From Allobaculum fili (GTDB lineage: Bacteria > Bacillota_I > Bacilli_A > Erysipelotrichales > Erysipelotrichaceae), in contig NZ_JAHDSX010000008.1 of assembly GCF_020969955.1 (NCBI RefSeq), positions 35,206 to 67,205 on the forward strand: DNA of 32,000 bases, given 5' to 3'. Made by a program: the position numbers and the translations under genes. The notes beneath the pieces were generated by a model, which saw only the letters and a list, made by a program, of their open reading frames with translations, was not told the DNA's origin and ran no database searches. Every line of letters starts with the position of its first letter. The first letter of the stretch is position 1. Positions 1 to 9,415 of this stretch are shown one piece after another.

Positions 1-1046
1 GCGGTTCCTGCGCACTTCCAAGCGTCTGCTGATATGGATTCCTGGCTTTTACAGTTTCCTGTTTCCCCTTTCATACAGGAGGCATTTTTTGCCATCGGAC
101 ACAGCACCTCCCATTTTCTTCGAGAACTTATGATCGGAAAAAGGATATCCAGTCTCCTGAAGAAATGTCGCCGATTCCGTCTGGCTTTCCAGAATTCCCC
201 TTTTGATCGGACATGCGTTCTGGGCCAAAAAAAGGAATACGAGCGTTGAATTTTATTTACTGTCTGCGGATTGGGATTGGATATCATCCGATCTCTTAAA
301 CAGTATTTTGAAATCCCGTTATTCGAATCGAACAAGTCCATTATTTTTTGTTCTATTGTTTCCCTGCTTACGACTGCCCGTTTACATGCTGCACAGGTCA
401 TCTTCCTTCTTTCGTCCTGCTTTCCACAAAGTCGGGCATGTGTCGAGCACATTGACTTTACGAAAAGAAAATGGCTCCGTTTGCTGATCTATATATAAGC
501 AAAACGACTCGACTGCTTTTCCAAACAATTGAGCCGTTTCTGCAAGGTTGAACTATGTGAATCTCATGAGAAGTCCAGACCGGACTTCACTACGGAAATC
601 GGTTTCTTTTTCCAGAACATTCGAATTGACATCCTGTCCGCTGTCTTTCCGCCTTCCGTTCTCTGACTTTCCAGTTCCGTCCCTTTGTGGAAAATCCGCA
701 GCCGAAAATGGAAATTCGTTCGCGTTTTCCACTTGTAAAGACTTGCTCAAAACCTTGCATTTCTTGCTTCGAGCAGGCTTGCAAAAAGAGATTCTGCCCG
801 TGAATGTCTACAATGAAAGCGAATCCGATGAATCAGTATTTTCTTGACATTCTCAGCTGTCTAGATCTCAGGAATCATTCATTTTTTCAGGGATTTTTCA
901 GGCTGTACAGAACGTATATCGACGGCTTCTTTAGCTGTCTTTAATCTTCTGGCAGCTTTGTAAAACTCCGGATTCAGTTCTGGTCTTGCCAGAATAAAAC
1001 TCTTCTGCAGCCCTTGCAGGAGAGCGGAAAGCGAGGAACAGTAAAA

Positions 1047-3299
1047 ATGAAAGCAACAGAACAAATCAGAACTTTCCATAACGAAAACGGACCGGACATC
1101 ACAACTGTCGATCAGCCGGTCATCGAATCCGAAGGACTTTTCTTTAAGGACGTTGACGGATCCGGCGAGCTCAAAGCCTTCTCCGACTGGCGTCTTGATC
1201 CGAAAACCCGTGCCAAAGCCCTCACCTATGCCATGAGCACTGAGGAAAAAATCGGCCAGATTTTCGTTACCAGCCGCAACCCGTACACGACCGAAGGGTA
1301 CATGGGCCGTCCTGCCGGCGGTTCCGATGGGAAAAACCTCAGTGACGAAACCGGACTGCTCGATGAAAACATTCTCGAAAATGTATCCATTTTCGCCGGC
1401 TACCGTCTGCCAGGAACCACCGAGGCCGTACGTCAGGACAGAATGAGAAATTTCATCCTGCGTACGAACCCGACACCGGCACAGCTGACCGACTGGCTCA
1501 ACCAGATGCAGAACAAGGCGGAAAACAACGAACACTTTATCCCGGTTCTGGTGACCACAAACTCCCGTAACGAAAACGGTAAAGTCGTATTCGGTATGAA
1601 CGATTCCGTTGGTACGTTCCCGGCATGGCCTGGAACAATGGGTATTGCCGCTGCCGTACTTGGCACCGACAATACGGGCATCGCAAAAGAATTTGGCGAA
1701 TCCATCCGCAAGGAATGGTACGCAGCCGGTCTGCGCAAAGGCTACATGTACATGGCTGACGTCGTTACCGATCCAAGATGGCAGCGTATTTACGGTACCT
1801 TTGGCGAAAATCCAGAACTGATCGAGTCCATCTTCGAAGAACTCGTACCTGCAGTTCAGGGATCCAAGGAAGGCGTTACCCAGGATGGCGTAGCGCTCAC
1901 GATCAAGCACTGGCCAGGCGGCGGAGCTCGTGAAAACGGCTTCGACCCGCACTACAAAGAAGGTCAGTGGAACGTATACGCAACCGAAGGATCTCTCGAA
2001 AAGTACCACACAAAAGGATTTGGCCCAGCCATTCGCTACAACGCCGGCTCGATCATGCCTTACTACGCGAAGCCTTCTAAAGAGAAGAGCGCACCGCAGT
2101 ACGGCAAGGACGGCAAGGAAATCCGCTGGATTCCTGTTGGCTTTGCGTTCAACGACTACATGATCAACGACCTGCTCAAAGATCAGCACGGCTTCAAAGG
2201 CTACATCAACTCCGACTCCGGTATCATCGACAACATGGGCTGGGGCGTAGAAGCTCTCGACCGTCCGGAACGTATTGCGCTGGCCATTAACAACGGCGTA
2301 GATATGATTTCCGAATCCTACGGCGTTTCCTACGCAAAAGAAGCGATGGAACGCGCGACAAACGGCTACTACGATACGCACCCGATCCCAGAAGGCTACA
2401 CGATCGAACAGATCACTCTCGGTGAAGATGCACTGAACCGTGCCGTTGAAAAGACGCTCGAAGAAAAATTCGCGCTGGGCATGTTCGAAAACCCATACCG
2501 CGATCCGCAGGTATCCGAACAGGCCATCACCCACAGCAATGACTGGGACAAGGCGATGAACGTTCACCGTCAGTCTGTGGTTCTGCTCAAGAACACGAAC
2601 AATACCCTTCCCGTTGTGGAAACCGAAGGCAAGCTGTTCTACATCGAAGGCTTCGACCAGACCGCTGAAGCCAGCGAAAAATGGACCGCAAGCCTGAGAG
2701 AAGAATTCGCTAAGGAAAACGTCACCCTTACGGATGACTATGCGAAAGCCGATTACGCGATTCTGATGGTTTCCCCGCAGTCCGGCAACTACTTCTCCGC
2801 AACCAAAGGTCTGCTCGAAATCGATCTTTGCGATGGCAAAGTTGTTGCTGACTTCAGCGAAGACGGCAAACCGCTCGAAACCACGCACGAAGAAACGACA
2901 GCTGCCGGCATCAACCTCATTCCGGCTGTTGCTGAAGCCGTTCATGCGCATGGCGGCAAAGTCATCGGCACGCTGAACATTTCCCTGCCCTGGATGCCGG
3001 GGAACCTCGAACCGTTCTGTGACGCTCTGCTCGCCGGATTCGATACATACACCAGCGCTTACCTCGATGTCATCTTCAACCGCTTCAGCCCGGTTGGCAA
3101 AATGCCGATCACGCTGCCGAAAAACGATGAAGTCATCGCAGTAAACAATGAAGGTGTCTGCATTTCCCACAACGACATCCCGGGTTATGCCAAAGACGAA
3201 TTCATGCCGGAAGAACTCAAGGATGAAAACGGAAAAGCATACGCTTACCGTGATTCCGAAGGCAGCTACTACGAGTACGGATTCGGTCTGCGCTTCTAA
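1047..3299 (+). CDS. Glycoside hydrolase family 3 (beta-glucosidase/beta-xylosidase-like), apparently cytoplasmic
   Basis: 750-aa ORF with GH3 hallmarks KHWPGGGARENG and GYINSDSGIIDNMGWG (nucleophile Asp region). No N-terminal signal peptide. ATG at 1047 follows GAGGAA by about 8 nt. The ORF-track start at 1014 is a TTG with no ribosome-binding site. Confidence 0.9.
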   Translation: MKATEQIRTFHNENGPDITTVDQPVIESEGLFFKDVDGSGELKAFSDWRLDPKTRAKALTYAMSTEEKIGQIFVTSRNPYTTEGYMGRPAGGSDGKNLSDETGLLDENILENVSIFAGYRLPGTTEAVRQDRMRNFILRTNPTPAQLTDWLNQMQNKAENNEHFIPVLVTTNSRNENGKVVFGMNDSVGTFPAWPGTMGIAAAVLGTDNTGIAKEFGESIRKEWYAAGLRKGYMYMADVVTDPRWQRIYGTFGENPELIESIFEELVPAVQGSKEGVTQDGVALTIKHWPGGGARENGFDPHYKEGQWNVYATEGSLEKYHTKGFGPAIRYNAGSIMPYYAKPSKEKSAPQYGKDGKEIRWIPVGFAFNDYMINDLLKDQHGFKGYINSDSGIIDNMGWGVEALDRPERIALAINNGVDMISESYGVSYAKEAMERATNGYYDTHPIPEGYTIEQITLGEDALNRAVEKTLEEKFALGMFENPYRDPQVSEQAITHSNDWDKAMNVHRQSVVLLKNTNNTLPVVETEGKLFYIEGFDQTAEASEKWTASLREEFAKENVTLTDDYAKADYAILMVSPQSGNYFSATKGLLEIDLCDGKVVADFSEDGKPLETTHEETTAAGINLIPAVAEAVHAHGGKVIGTLNISLPWMPGNLEPFCDALLAGFDTYTSAYLDVIFNRFSPVGKMPITLPKNDEVIAVNNEGVCISHNDIPGYAKDEFMPEELKDENGKAYAYRDSEGSYYEYGFGLRF

Positions 3300-3420
3300 T
3301 TTCCTTTCTGCTTACGCGGCATACACGCTGTTTTGAGAATACCGGCTTTCCCTTCCAGACGGTCTGGAATCTCGATCGATCCTGTGCACGAGGAACAGCC
3401 CTTTAGCCGCTGACAAAACA

Positions 3421-3522
3421 AAGCACCAGATTTCCTTTCTCTGTCTCTGTTCAAGACTTTGCAGACCGGTTCTGCAGGTTGTGAATGGAAGACGGGACTG
3501 GATATCTGGTGCTTTTCTTTTT
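3421..3522 (+). terminator. Compound stem-loop plus U-tract downstream of the GH3 gene
   Basis: AAGCACCAGAT (3421-3431) pairs with ATCTGGTGCTT (3504-3514) and is followed by TTTTCTTTTT. An inner hairpin TGCAGA-ccggt-TCTGCA lies at 3460-3476. The roughly 70-nt insert is unusually large for a simple terminator. Confidence 0.45.
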
Positions 3523-3699
3523 GATGAAATGAAAATTTCTGACTCTTTTGTTTTCTGGAAATGTGCAGATCGCTTTCCTCCGATTACAGGACAATTCTTA
3601 ATCCTTTATTATCCATAAATGAACTGGCTTTATTTTTGATGGTTTATATCGGTATTCTTTTGTAAGAGAAAGCGCGCGGAATGGAGAAAGGATATTTTC

Positions 3700-5841
3700 A
3701 TGAAATCGATTCAAAATTTTGTTTATTCGAGAGAGTACCGGCCAATGATTTATATTTCTGCGCATCCAGCAGATTTCCAGGCGCATTTTCAAAGCATCCG
3801 GCAAGATCTGTTTGATCTTACTCAATGTATTCTTTATTACGATCCAGATCCCGATCATCCCGAAGACCTTTCCCGTTTTGTCTCGGATCTTTCGCAGATG
3901 AATCTGATTATCCTGCCGATCACGCAGAAATTTTTACGTGAAGAAAGCTTTGCGCACGACTGGATTCTTCGGTTGATTGAAAAGCTGCACCTGCCCTTTC
4001 TTCCGATCTGTGCCGACCAGGACGTTTTTCCTTTTCTCCAGAAATATATTCCGGCTTTTCACGCCCTCGCCCGTTTTTGCGAAGATCCGAAAGAGCCGTC
4101 CTTTTTACAAAAGCTTCAGGACTATCTCAATACGCTTTTTCCTTCTTCCAGACAGATCCAGGATGTTCAGGCCGCTCTGTCTCAAAATCTGTGGATGCAA
4201 AATGTCGATACGGGCTGTTCCGATCCATTCAACGACTCCGGCGAAACTCTCTGCTATCGGTTTCCTGAGGCTGCCCGTTTCCTGTATTCAAAGTATTCGA
4301 ACCTCCTTGCCAAAAGGACAGAAAGCCGCACCGCTGCACAGGAAACGATTCTATCTGATCCATTTCCGACCGCCTTTTTTTCGCTTCGTTTTCAGAAAAA
4401 TCCGGGCTGGGAAATGCGGTGCTTCCCGTTTCTGAAACAGGACGCAATGCTCATCCCCGTCTGGCAGCTTACCCAGAAAAAGATGTTGGATGCAGATCCT
4501 TGCCGCATCTTTTGCCTGGAGGACTCTTTCGGTTTCCAGAACCAAAAGGAAAACGAAAGTCTCCATTTTCCTGTACTTAATCCGGCTGACCCCAAAAATC
4601 CCTTTACCGACAGCGCTCAGCAGCTTTACCGAACGGGTCTTGCCTGCATGAACGGAATTGGAAGACCGATCGACTATGAAAAAGGCATCGCCTGCCTTCA
4701 AAAAGCAGCTGAAATGAACCACACGAGTGCAATGGACGAAATGATTTTCCTTCATCTCTACGGAAAAGGCGTCCCGGCAAGTCTCAATGAGGCGATACAA
4801 TGGGCCGAAAAACGAGTGGAGGTGCACCCCGACTATCCTTCCCATCTGCTTGCAGCCCGGCTTCGAACTGAAAAAGACCAGCTTCATGAAGCCGTTCTCC
4901 ACGCACTGGATGCCCTCTCGTGTTTAGACTCCGCTAATCCGGATCCCCATTCCCGTTTTGTAGAAGATGATCCGGTCGTTCTGGAATGGAAGCAGAAGTC
5001 TTCCTGGCTTTTTCGTTTTATCGCCGAACTTTGCATGAGACAGAAGGATTTCTCCGTTTCGAAATATTACATCAATCAGTCGCTCGTACTGGATCAAGAA
5101 ATCTTGAAGATCCGGGAGTCGAATGGGCAAAACAAGTCCATCTGGCCAGAGAATGCCGATTTGATCGTTCCAAATAACGAGGAAATGGATCGAATCCGGC
5201 AGCACTTGTGGGCGACATATCTCGCTTTAGGAGAAATTGCGCGCCAGAACGGCCGAAATCTGGAAGCCGAACGCAGCTATCGGCATGCGGATGAGCTTAG
5301 CGTCACTGTACTTGGACACGACAGTTCCTCTCTGGCTCTGTATCATTTTTCGTATGCTCAGGAATGTTTTGGCGACCTGTATTTTTACTGGGAGACGCTG
5401 TATGTCCAGCACCGTGAGGACATGCTGATCAAGGCGAAATCGTATTACGAGAACGCGCTTTCGAATTATCAGAGACTGCTCGAACATCGGATTTATCCCC
5501 GGTGCATGATGCTCCGTCGACTGCGTGCAGTTTTTCTTAAACTCAGCTGGATTTACAGGGACCAGGATCTTTTCATCGTGTCCGTGTATTTTGCGTACCG
5601 GGGGTTGCAGATGGCCAAATCCAATATGGAAGAATTTTGCAGTCTGAAAACCAGACAGGAATTTGCCTGTGCCTGTCTGCAGGCAGCCGAGGCCCAGGCG
5701 CTGTCTAAAAACTGGGATAAAGCCGAAGCGTATTATTCCAGGGCTTTGCGGATGTACGGCGAGCTTAAGGAAAACAGCCCCTCTTTGGATTTGCAGCGTT
5801 ATGAAGCAGAAAGTCTCGCCGGACTGGGGGATGTCGTTTGA
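3700..5841 (+). CDS. TIR-like / Sel1-repeat / TPR-repeat protein, the 713-aa part before the first in-frame TGA
   Basis: GGAGAAAGGA lies upstream of the ATG. The N-terminus (aa 15-110) reads MIYISAHPADF...LSQMNLIILPITQKFL...HLPFLPI, which resembles a TIR-like strand/helix pattern. Aa 305-372 (LYRTGLACMNGIGRPIDYEKGIACLQKAAEMNH...YGKGVPASLNEAIQWAEK) look like Sel1 repeats. The C-terminal half is rich in TPR-like A..Y...AL helical pairs. Confidence 0.75.
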   Translation: MKSIQNFVYSREYRPMIYISAHPADFQAHFQSIRQDLFDLTQCILYYDPDPDHPEDLSRFVSDLSQMNLIILPITQKFLREESFAHDWILRLIEKLHLPFLPICADQDVFPFLQKYIPAFHALARFCEDPKEPSFLQKLQDYLNTLFPSSRQIQDVQAALSQNLWMQNVDTGCSDPFNDSGETLCYRFPEAARFLYSKYSNLLAKRTESRTAAQETILSDPFPTAFFSLRFQKNPGWEMRCFPFLKQDAMLIPVWQLTQKKMLDADPCRIFCLEDSFGFQNQKENESLHFPVLNPADPKNPFTDSAQQLYRTGLACMNGIGRPIDYEKGIACLQKAAEMNHTSAMDEMIFLHLYGKGVPASLNEAIQWAEKRVEVHPDYPSHLLAARLRTEKDQLHEAVLHALDALSCLDSANPDPHSRFVEDDPVVLEWKQKSSWLFRFIAELCMRQKDFSVSKYYINQSLVLDQEILKIRESNGQNKSIWPENADLIVPNNEEMDRIRQHLWATYLALGEIARQNGRNLEAERSYRHADELSVTVLGHDSSSLALYHFSYAQECFGDLYFYWETLYVQHREDMLIKAKSYYENALSNYQRLLEHRIYPRCMMLRRLRAVFLKLSWIYRDQDLFIVSVYFAYRGLQMAKSNMEEFCSLKTRQEFACACLQAAEAQALSKNWDKAEAYYSRALRMYGELKENSPSLDLQRYEAESLAGLGDVV

Positions 5842-6501
5842 GCCCGCCAGAAAACAGAAGAAGCCATTGAACTGTACCAGAAGAGCTGCACGATTCTTCA
5901 GTCGCTTTATGGAGAAAACCGTACAGTGGAAGGCACCCGATCGCTCTGCATCCAGCTCGATCGTCTTGTCAAAGCGTGTTTGTCCTTGAACGATCTTGAA
6001 CAGGCGCTGCGCATCAATCGGATTGCCCTGGATCAGGCGGAATGACTGAATCTGGGATCACAGATTTACGCGGACTGTTTTTTGTTTGACCGGATTACCT
6101 ACCGGCAGGTCTGCATCGAAACCGATCTTCATCTGTATGAGCAGGCCGATGAACACGCCAGTCAGGCTCTCAGTCTCTTCGCGATGATGTATGACATCAA
6201 TAAAACCTCCTTTCACTATTTTCAGGCCGGCAGGACATGGAATCTGCTCGCCAGAATTGCTCTTGAACAGGAGGAATATGCCGATGCGGAAGAGAACGCC
6301 TGGAACGCTCTGGTAATTTTGCTGGATGTTCGAAAGGAACTCGAATCCCAGGACCTGCTGTTCGATCTGGAGCAGTGTCTGAACGTTCTGAAAGTATGCG
6401 CCTGGCAGTCTGGAGACGGCTTTATGTACATAGTCTACAAAAACGGCATAGAGAAATTCAGACAGAAACGAATCGCACGAAAGAGAGATTCACTGGACTG
6501 A
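5842..6501 (+). pseudogene. Same-frame continuation of the TIR/Sel1/TPR gene beyond TGA 5839-5841 and TGA 6043-6045
   Basis: Codon phase is identical (positions 3700, 5842, 6046 and 6082 are all 1 mod 3). The translation continues as TPR-like ARQKTEEAIELYQKSCTILQSLYGEN...ALRINRIALDQAE, then a stop, then LNLGSQIYADCFLFDRITYRQV...EEYADAEENAWNALVILLDV. The ORF-track entry 6082..6501 starts at a TTG inside this frame. Confidence 0.6.
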
Positions 6502-6591
6502 GCGATTCCGTCCGGCCAGCGTTTCTTCCCTGTTCCAGGCGGATTGCGCCCAGAATGCCGCTTCAAAAAAATCGAAAAACCGCCGCAAAAA

Positions 6592-6631
6592 AAGTTCTGC
6601 CCGTCGATTGCGAGGGACAGAACTTTTCTTC
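6592..6631. terminator. Bidirectional rho-independent terminator between convergent genes
   Basis: AGTTCTGCCC...GGGACAGAACT inverted repeat, with an A-run upstream and TTTTCTTC downstream. It sits between the TPR gene end (6501) and the kinase stop (6651). Confidence 0.6.
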
Positions 6632-6650
6632 TGGTCTCAATTGTTCGGAA

Positions 6651-8474
6651 TCAGTACAGAATGTCGTCTTCCGGCTTCCAGCGCGGAATTTCCACAAAGA
6701 AGCGGCTTCCCTTTCCCGGCTGGGAATCCAGACGAATCGTTCCGGAAAGCTTCTCGAGGGTATGTTTTACAATCGCCAGACCAAGACCGGTTCCCGTTTT
6801 CGATCGGGAAGGGTCGGCGGTAAAAAAGCGTTCAAAAATTCGATCCTGCAGACTTTCGTCAATGCCCGGCCCGTCATCGGCCACTTCGACCAGGGCGGTA
6901 TTCGCGTCCAGTACGGATACGCAAACCTGAATATGCCCGTTTTCAAAGCCGTAGCGGATCGCGTTTTCCATCAGATTTTTCAGGATCCGTTCCAGATCTG
7001 TGCGGGTGGCGCAGACATCCACTGATGCACCGGTGCATTCGATCGTCATCGATTTCAGATCCGCTGCGCTTTTCAGATTTTCACTGATCTCTTTGGCCGC
7101 CCCATACAGATCGGATTTGGGATTGCCTTCTTTTCTTTCGTTTTCCAGCCGGGAAAGCGTAATGATGTCGCTGACCATTTCCGTCATACGACGGGATTCC
7201 TTAAGAATGTAGCCAAGGAATCTGGATTCGTCTTCCTTGCGGACCATGCCGCTGGCCAGAAGTTCTGCGCTTGAGGAAATCGTCTGCAGCGGCGTTTTGA
7301 GCTCATGCGTGACGTTGGCTGTAAACTCCTGACGGCGCATCGCTGCCTGCTGGCGGTCCGTAATATCCAGAGCGAGAACCATGGCGCCGATCACTTCCTG
7401 ATTTTTCCAGATCGGCTGGGCTTCCAGCGAATAGATTTTTCCTTTTTTATGCCGAAGTTCCTTCAGGCTTTCTCCTGCCAGCGCGCACTGAATGAGCTGA
7501 CGGAGCTGACGGCTGTGACCGTACAGATCAATACCGTCTTCCGTTTTCAGCCTTCCTTTCGGTTTGGCTTTCCCTTCGGCGGTCTGTTCTCCTGCCTGGG
7601 TGTACTGATCGTTTAAAGGATCAAGATTTTGAGCTGCTGCATACGCTACGTTTCCAGCCTTTGTTTTTTTTTCCTGCATGGGCAGAGCGAAAATCTCACG
7701 GGCTGCCTGATTGATCAGCGTTGCCCGTCCCGTTTTCCAGACCATGATCAGCCCTTCATCCATCGAATCGCTCAGCGCATCAAATTCCATCTGGCTTTCT
7801 TCGAGCGCGTCAATCTGCTCGGCAATTTGCCGGTTGTTTTCATCCAGACGTTCCAGAAGCGGACGAAGCTGTTCATACGGAATGTTTTCCAGCGGTTTCG
7901 CGGGATCGATGGCATTGATCGGGGTCACGATGTGCCGCGATAAAAGGCGAGCCAGAATATAGCTGAGAAGCAGCAGAAGTGGAATCAGAATCAGAACCGG
8001 CATGACCATCTGTCCAAAAAGCATGATCAGCGAGGAATGGGTCTGGGACAGCCGGAGAATTCTTCCGTTGGCCAGACGCATGGCTGCGTTGTACGTTTCC
8101 GTATTCGATGTCGAGGAGTGACGAATCGAAAATCCCTTGCCGCTTTCTCTGGCTTCGGCGATTTCTTCACGGTCCTTATGATTGCTCTCGTGGGCGATAT
8201 TTAAGGAATCGTAGACGACTTCCCCGTCTGGATCGATCAGACACAGCCGCAGGTCGCCCTGGTTGAACAGCTCAAAATCTTCATCCAGAAGATCGATCTG
8301 TTCCTGCACGTCCGATCGGTTGAGTACCGAAGCGACCCGGGCGGTTTCGCTGTCGAGATTGCCGATCTGTTCGTCTACAAAGCCGCGATACATGATCCGT
8401 ACCGAGATGAGAACCGCCAGAGAGAGCACGAGAAGACAGGCGCCGAAAATCGACTGAAAGATTTTGCGCGTCAT
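6651..8474 (-). CDS. Sensor histidine kinase, PhoR-like (two TM segments, PAS, HisKA, HATPase_c)
   Basis: H-box FTANVTHELKTPL, N-box LMENAIRYG, DDGPGI and GTGLGLAIV. Two N-terminal hydrophobic segments are present. The start MTRKIFQS forms an ATGA overlap with the stop of the upstream response regulator. The ORF-track start at 8606 lies inside that regulator gene. Confidence 0.88.
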   Translation of the reverse strand: MTRKIFQSIFGACLLVLSLAVLISVRIMYRGFVDEQIGNLDSETARVASVLNRSDVQEQIDLLDEDFELFNQGDLRLCLIDPDGEVVYDSLNIAHESNHKDREEIAEARESGKGFSIRHSSTSNTETYNAAMRLANGRILRLSQTHSSLIMLFGQMVMPVLILIPLLLLLSYILARLLSRHIVTPINAIDPAKPLENIPYEQLRPLLERLDENNRQIAEQIDALEESQMEFDALSDSMDEGLIMVWKTGRATLINQAAREIFALPMQEKKTKAGNVAYAAAQNLDPLNDQYTQAGEQTAEGKAKPKGRLKTEDGIDLYGHSRQLRQLIQCALAGESLKELRHKKGKIYSLEAQPIWKNQEVIGAMVLALDITDRQQAAMRRQEFTANVTHELKTPLQTISSSAELLASGMVRKEDESRFLGYILKESRRMTEMVSDIITLSRLENERKEGNPKSDLYGAAKEISENLKSAADLKSMTIECTGASVDVCATRTDLERILKNLMENAIRYGFENGHIQVCVSVLDANTALVEVADDGPGIDESLQDRIFERFFTADPSRSKTGTGLGLAIVKHTLEKLSGTIRLDSQPGKGSRFFVEIPRWKPEDDILY

Positions 8475-9211
8475 GCGTCTTCCCTCATGCGATAGCCGAT
8501 CCCGCGTACCGTTTCGATTCGATCGCCTTCCCAGAGCAGCTTGCTGCGAAGGGATCGAATGTGAACGTCCACCGTCCGCGTTTCGCCCGCAAAATCCGTT
8601 TTCCATACTTCATAAAGAAGATCGTCGCGGCTGAACGCTTTTCGCGGATGTTCCAGAAAAAGGGCGAGCAGATCAAATTCCTTGCGGGACAGCTCGAGTT
8701 CGATTTTCCTGTCTTCGCCTGGTTTTCCCTCCGCTTCCTTCTTTTCCAGCCACGCTTTATGACTCGAAGGATCGAGGCGGATATCCCCCAGCGCTAGAAT
8801 CGAATTTTTCTTTTCGGCAGAACCCGCATTCTGACAGCGGCGCAGGACCGCTTTGATCCGGGCAACCATTTCCATCATTCCAAAGGGCTTGACCAGATAG
8901 TCGTCCGCTCCATATTCAAACGCTTTGACCTTGTCGCTTTCCCGCCCTTTGGCGGTCGTCATAATGACCGGAATCTGTGCGGTGTCCGGATTTTGGCGCA
9001 GCTGCTGCAAAATCGTCAGGCCATCGCTCTGCCATAACATGATGTCCAGCAGCACGAGATCCGGTTTTGTCTCGGCTTCGTTCATCGCCTGCCAGAACGC
9101 TGCGCCGTCTTCAAATCCCTCGGCGTCAAATCCGCAGGATTTCAGGGTGTAGATCAGAATATCTCGAATACTGGTTTCGTCTTCGACGCACCAAATACGG
9201 TTTTGTTCCAT
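8471..9211 (-). CDS. OmpR/PhoB-family response regulator
   Basis: Receiver motifs VEDE, LVLLDIMLW (phospho-acceptor Asp) and TAKG. The C-terminal winged helix reads LSRKEFDLLALFLEHP...VDVHIRSLRSKL...IETVRGIGY. ATG at 9211 follows AAAGGAGGAAAAA. Confidence 0.9.
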   Translation of the reverse strand: MEQNRIWCVEDETSIRDILIYTLKSCGFDAEGFEDGAAFWQAMNEAETKPDLVLLDIMLWQSDGLTILQQLRQNPDTAQIPVIMTTAKGRESDKVKAFEYGADDYLVKPFGMMEMVARIKAVLRRCQNAGSAEKKNSILALGDIRLDPSSHKAWLEKKEAEGKPGEDRKIELELSRKEFDLLALFLEHPRKAFSRDDLLYEVWKTDFAGETRTVDVHIRSLRSKLLWEGDRIETVRGIGYRMREDA

Positions 9212-9415
9212 TTTTCCTCCTTTGCCCCGAAACAGGACGGGCTGTTCTGCATTCTTGCAGATCGAAAGCGTACAGATTTGCTTTGTATAAACACGGGTAG
9301 AGAGAAATCGCATTTGCGCGAATCCAGAACCGATCTATTTCTCAGTATAAAGCGTATGGTAAACGGCCATGGGCAGAGAGCCGTCCGGCTTTCCGTTGAG
9401 CGGGTTCATAACGTG

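Noticed and set aside
879-3170. A 763-aa minus-strand ORF antisense to the GH3 gene. Similar long antisense ORFs occur at 11775-12509, 13685-14341, 15733-16353, 18348-19049, 19490-21091, 21173-22324, 23546-24307, 24698-25942, 26660-28021 and 30766-31605.
   Set aside because: Each mirrors a confidently assigned gene on the other strand and translates to Phe/Val/Arg/Gly-rich sequence with no motifs or ribosome-binding sites. The sense genes avoid TTA, CTA and TCA codons, which removes stops from the antisense frame. These are shadow ORFs, not overlapping genes.
5663-5989. A 108-aa plus-strand ORF overlapping the end of the TIR/TPR gene. Other internal out-of-frame ORFs occur at 3977-4435, 4351-4902 and 6375-7025.
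   Set aside because: They are out of frame with, or antisense to, a better-supported gene. They have an Arg/Cys/Pro-rich composition, no ribosome-binding site and no recognisable motifs.
5839-6045. TGA reassigned as a sense codon (genetic code 4 or 25), or selenocysteine insertion, as an explanation for the two in-frame TGAs.
   Set aside because: TGA clearly terminates other genes at their expected C-termini. Examples are the response regulator (ATGA overlap with the kinase start at 8471-8474), the kinase at 6651 and the TPR gene itself at 6499-6501. I saw no SECIS-like stem-loop directly downstream of either TGA.
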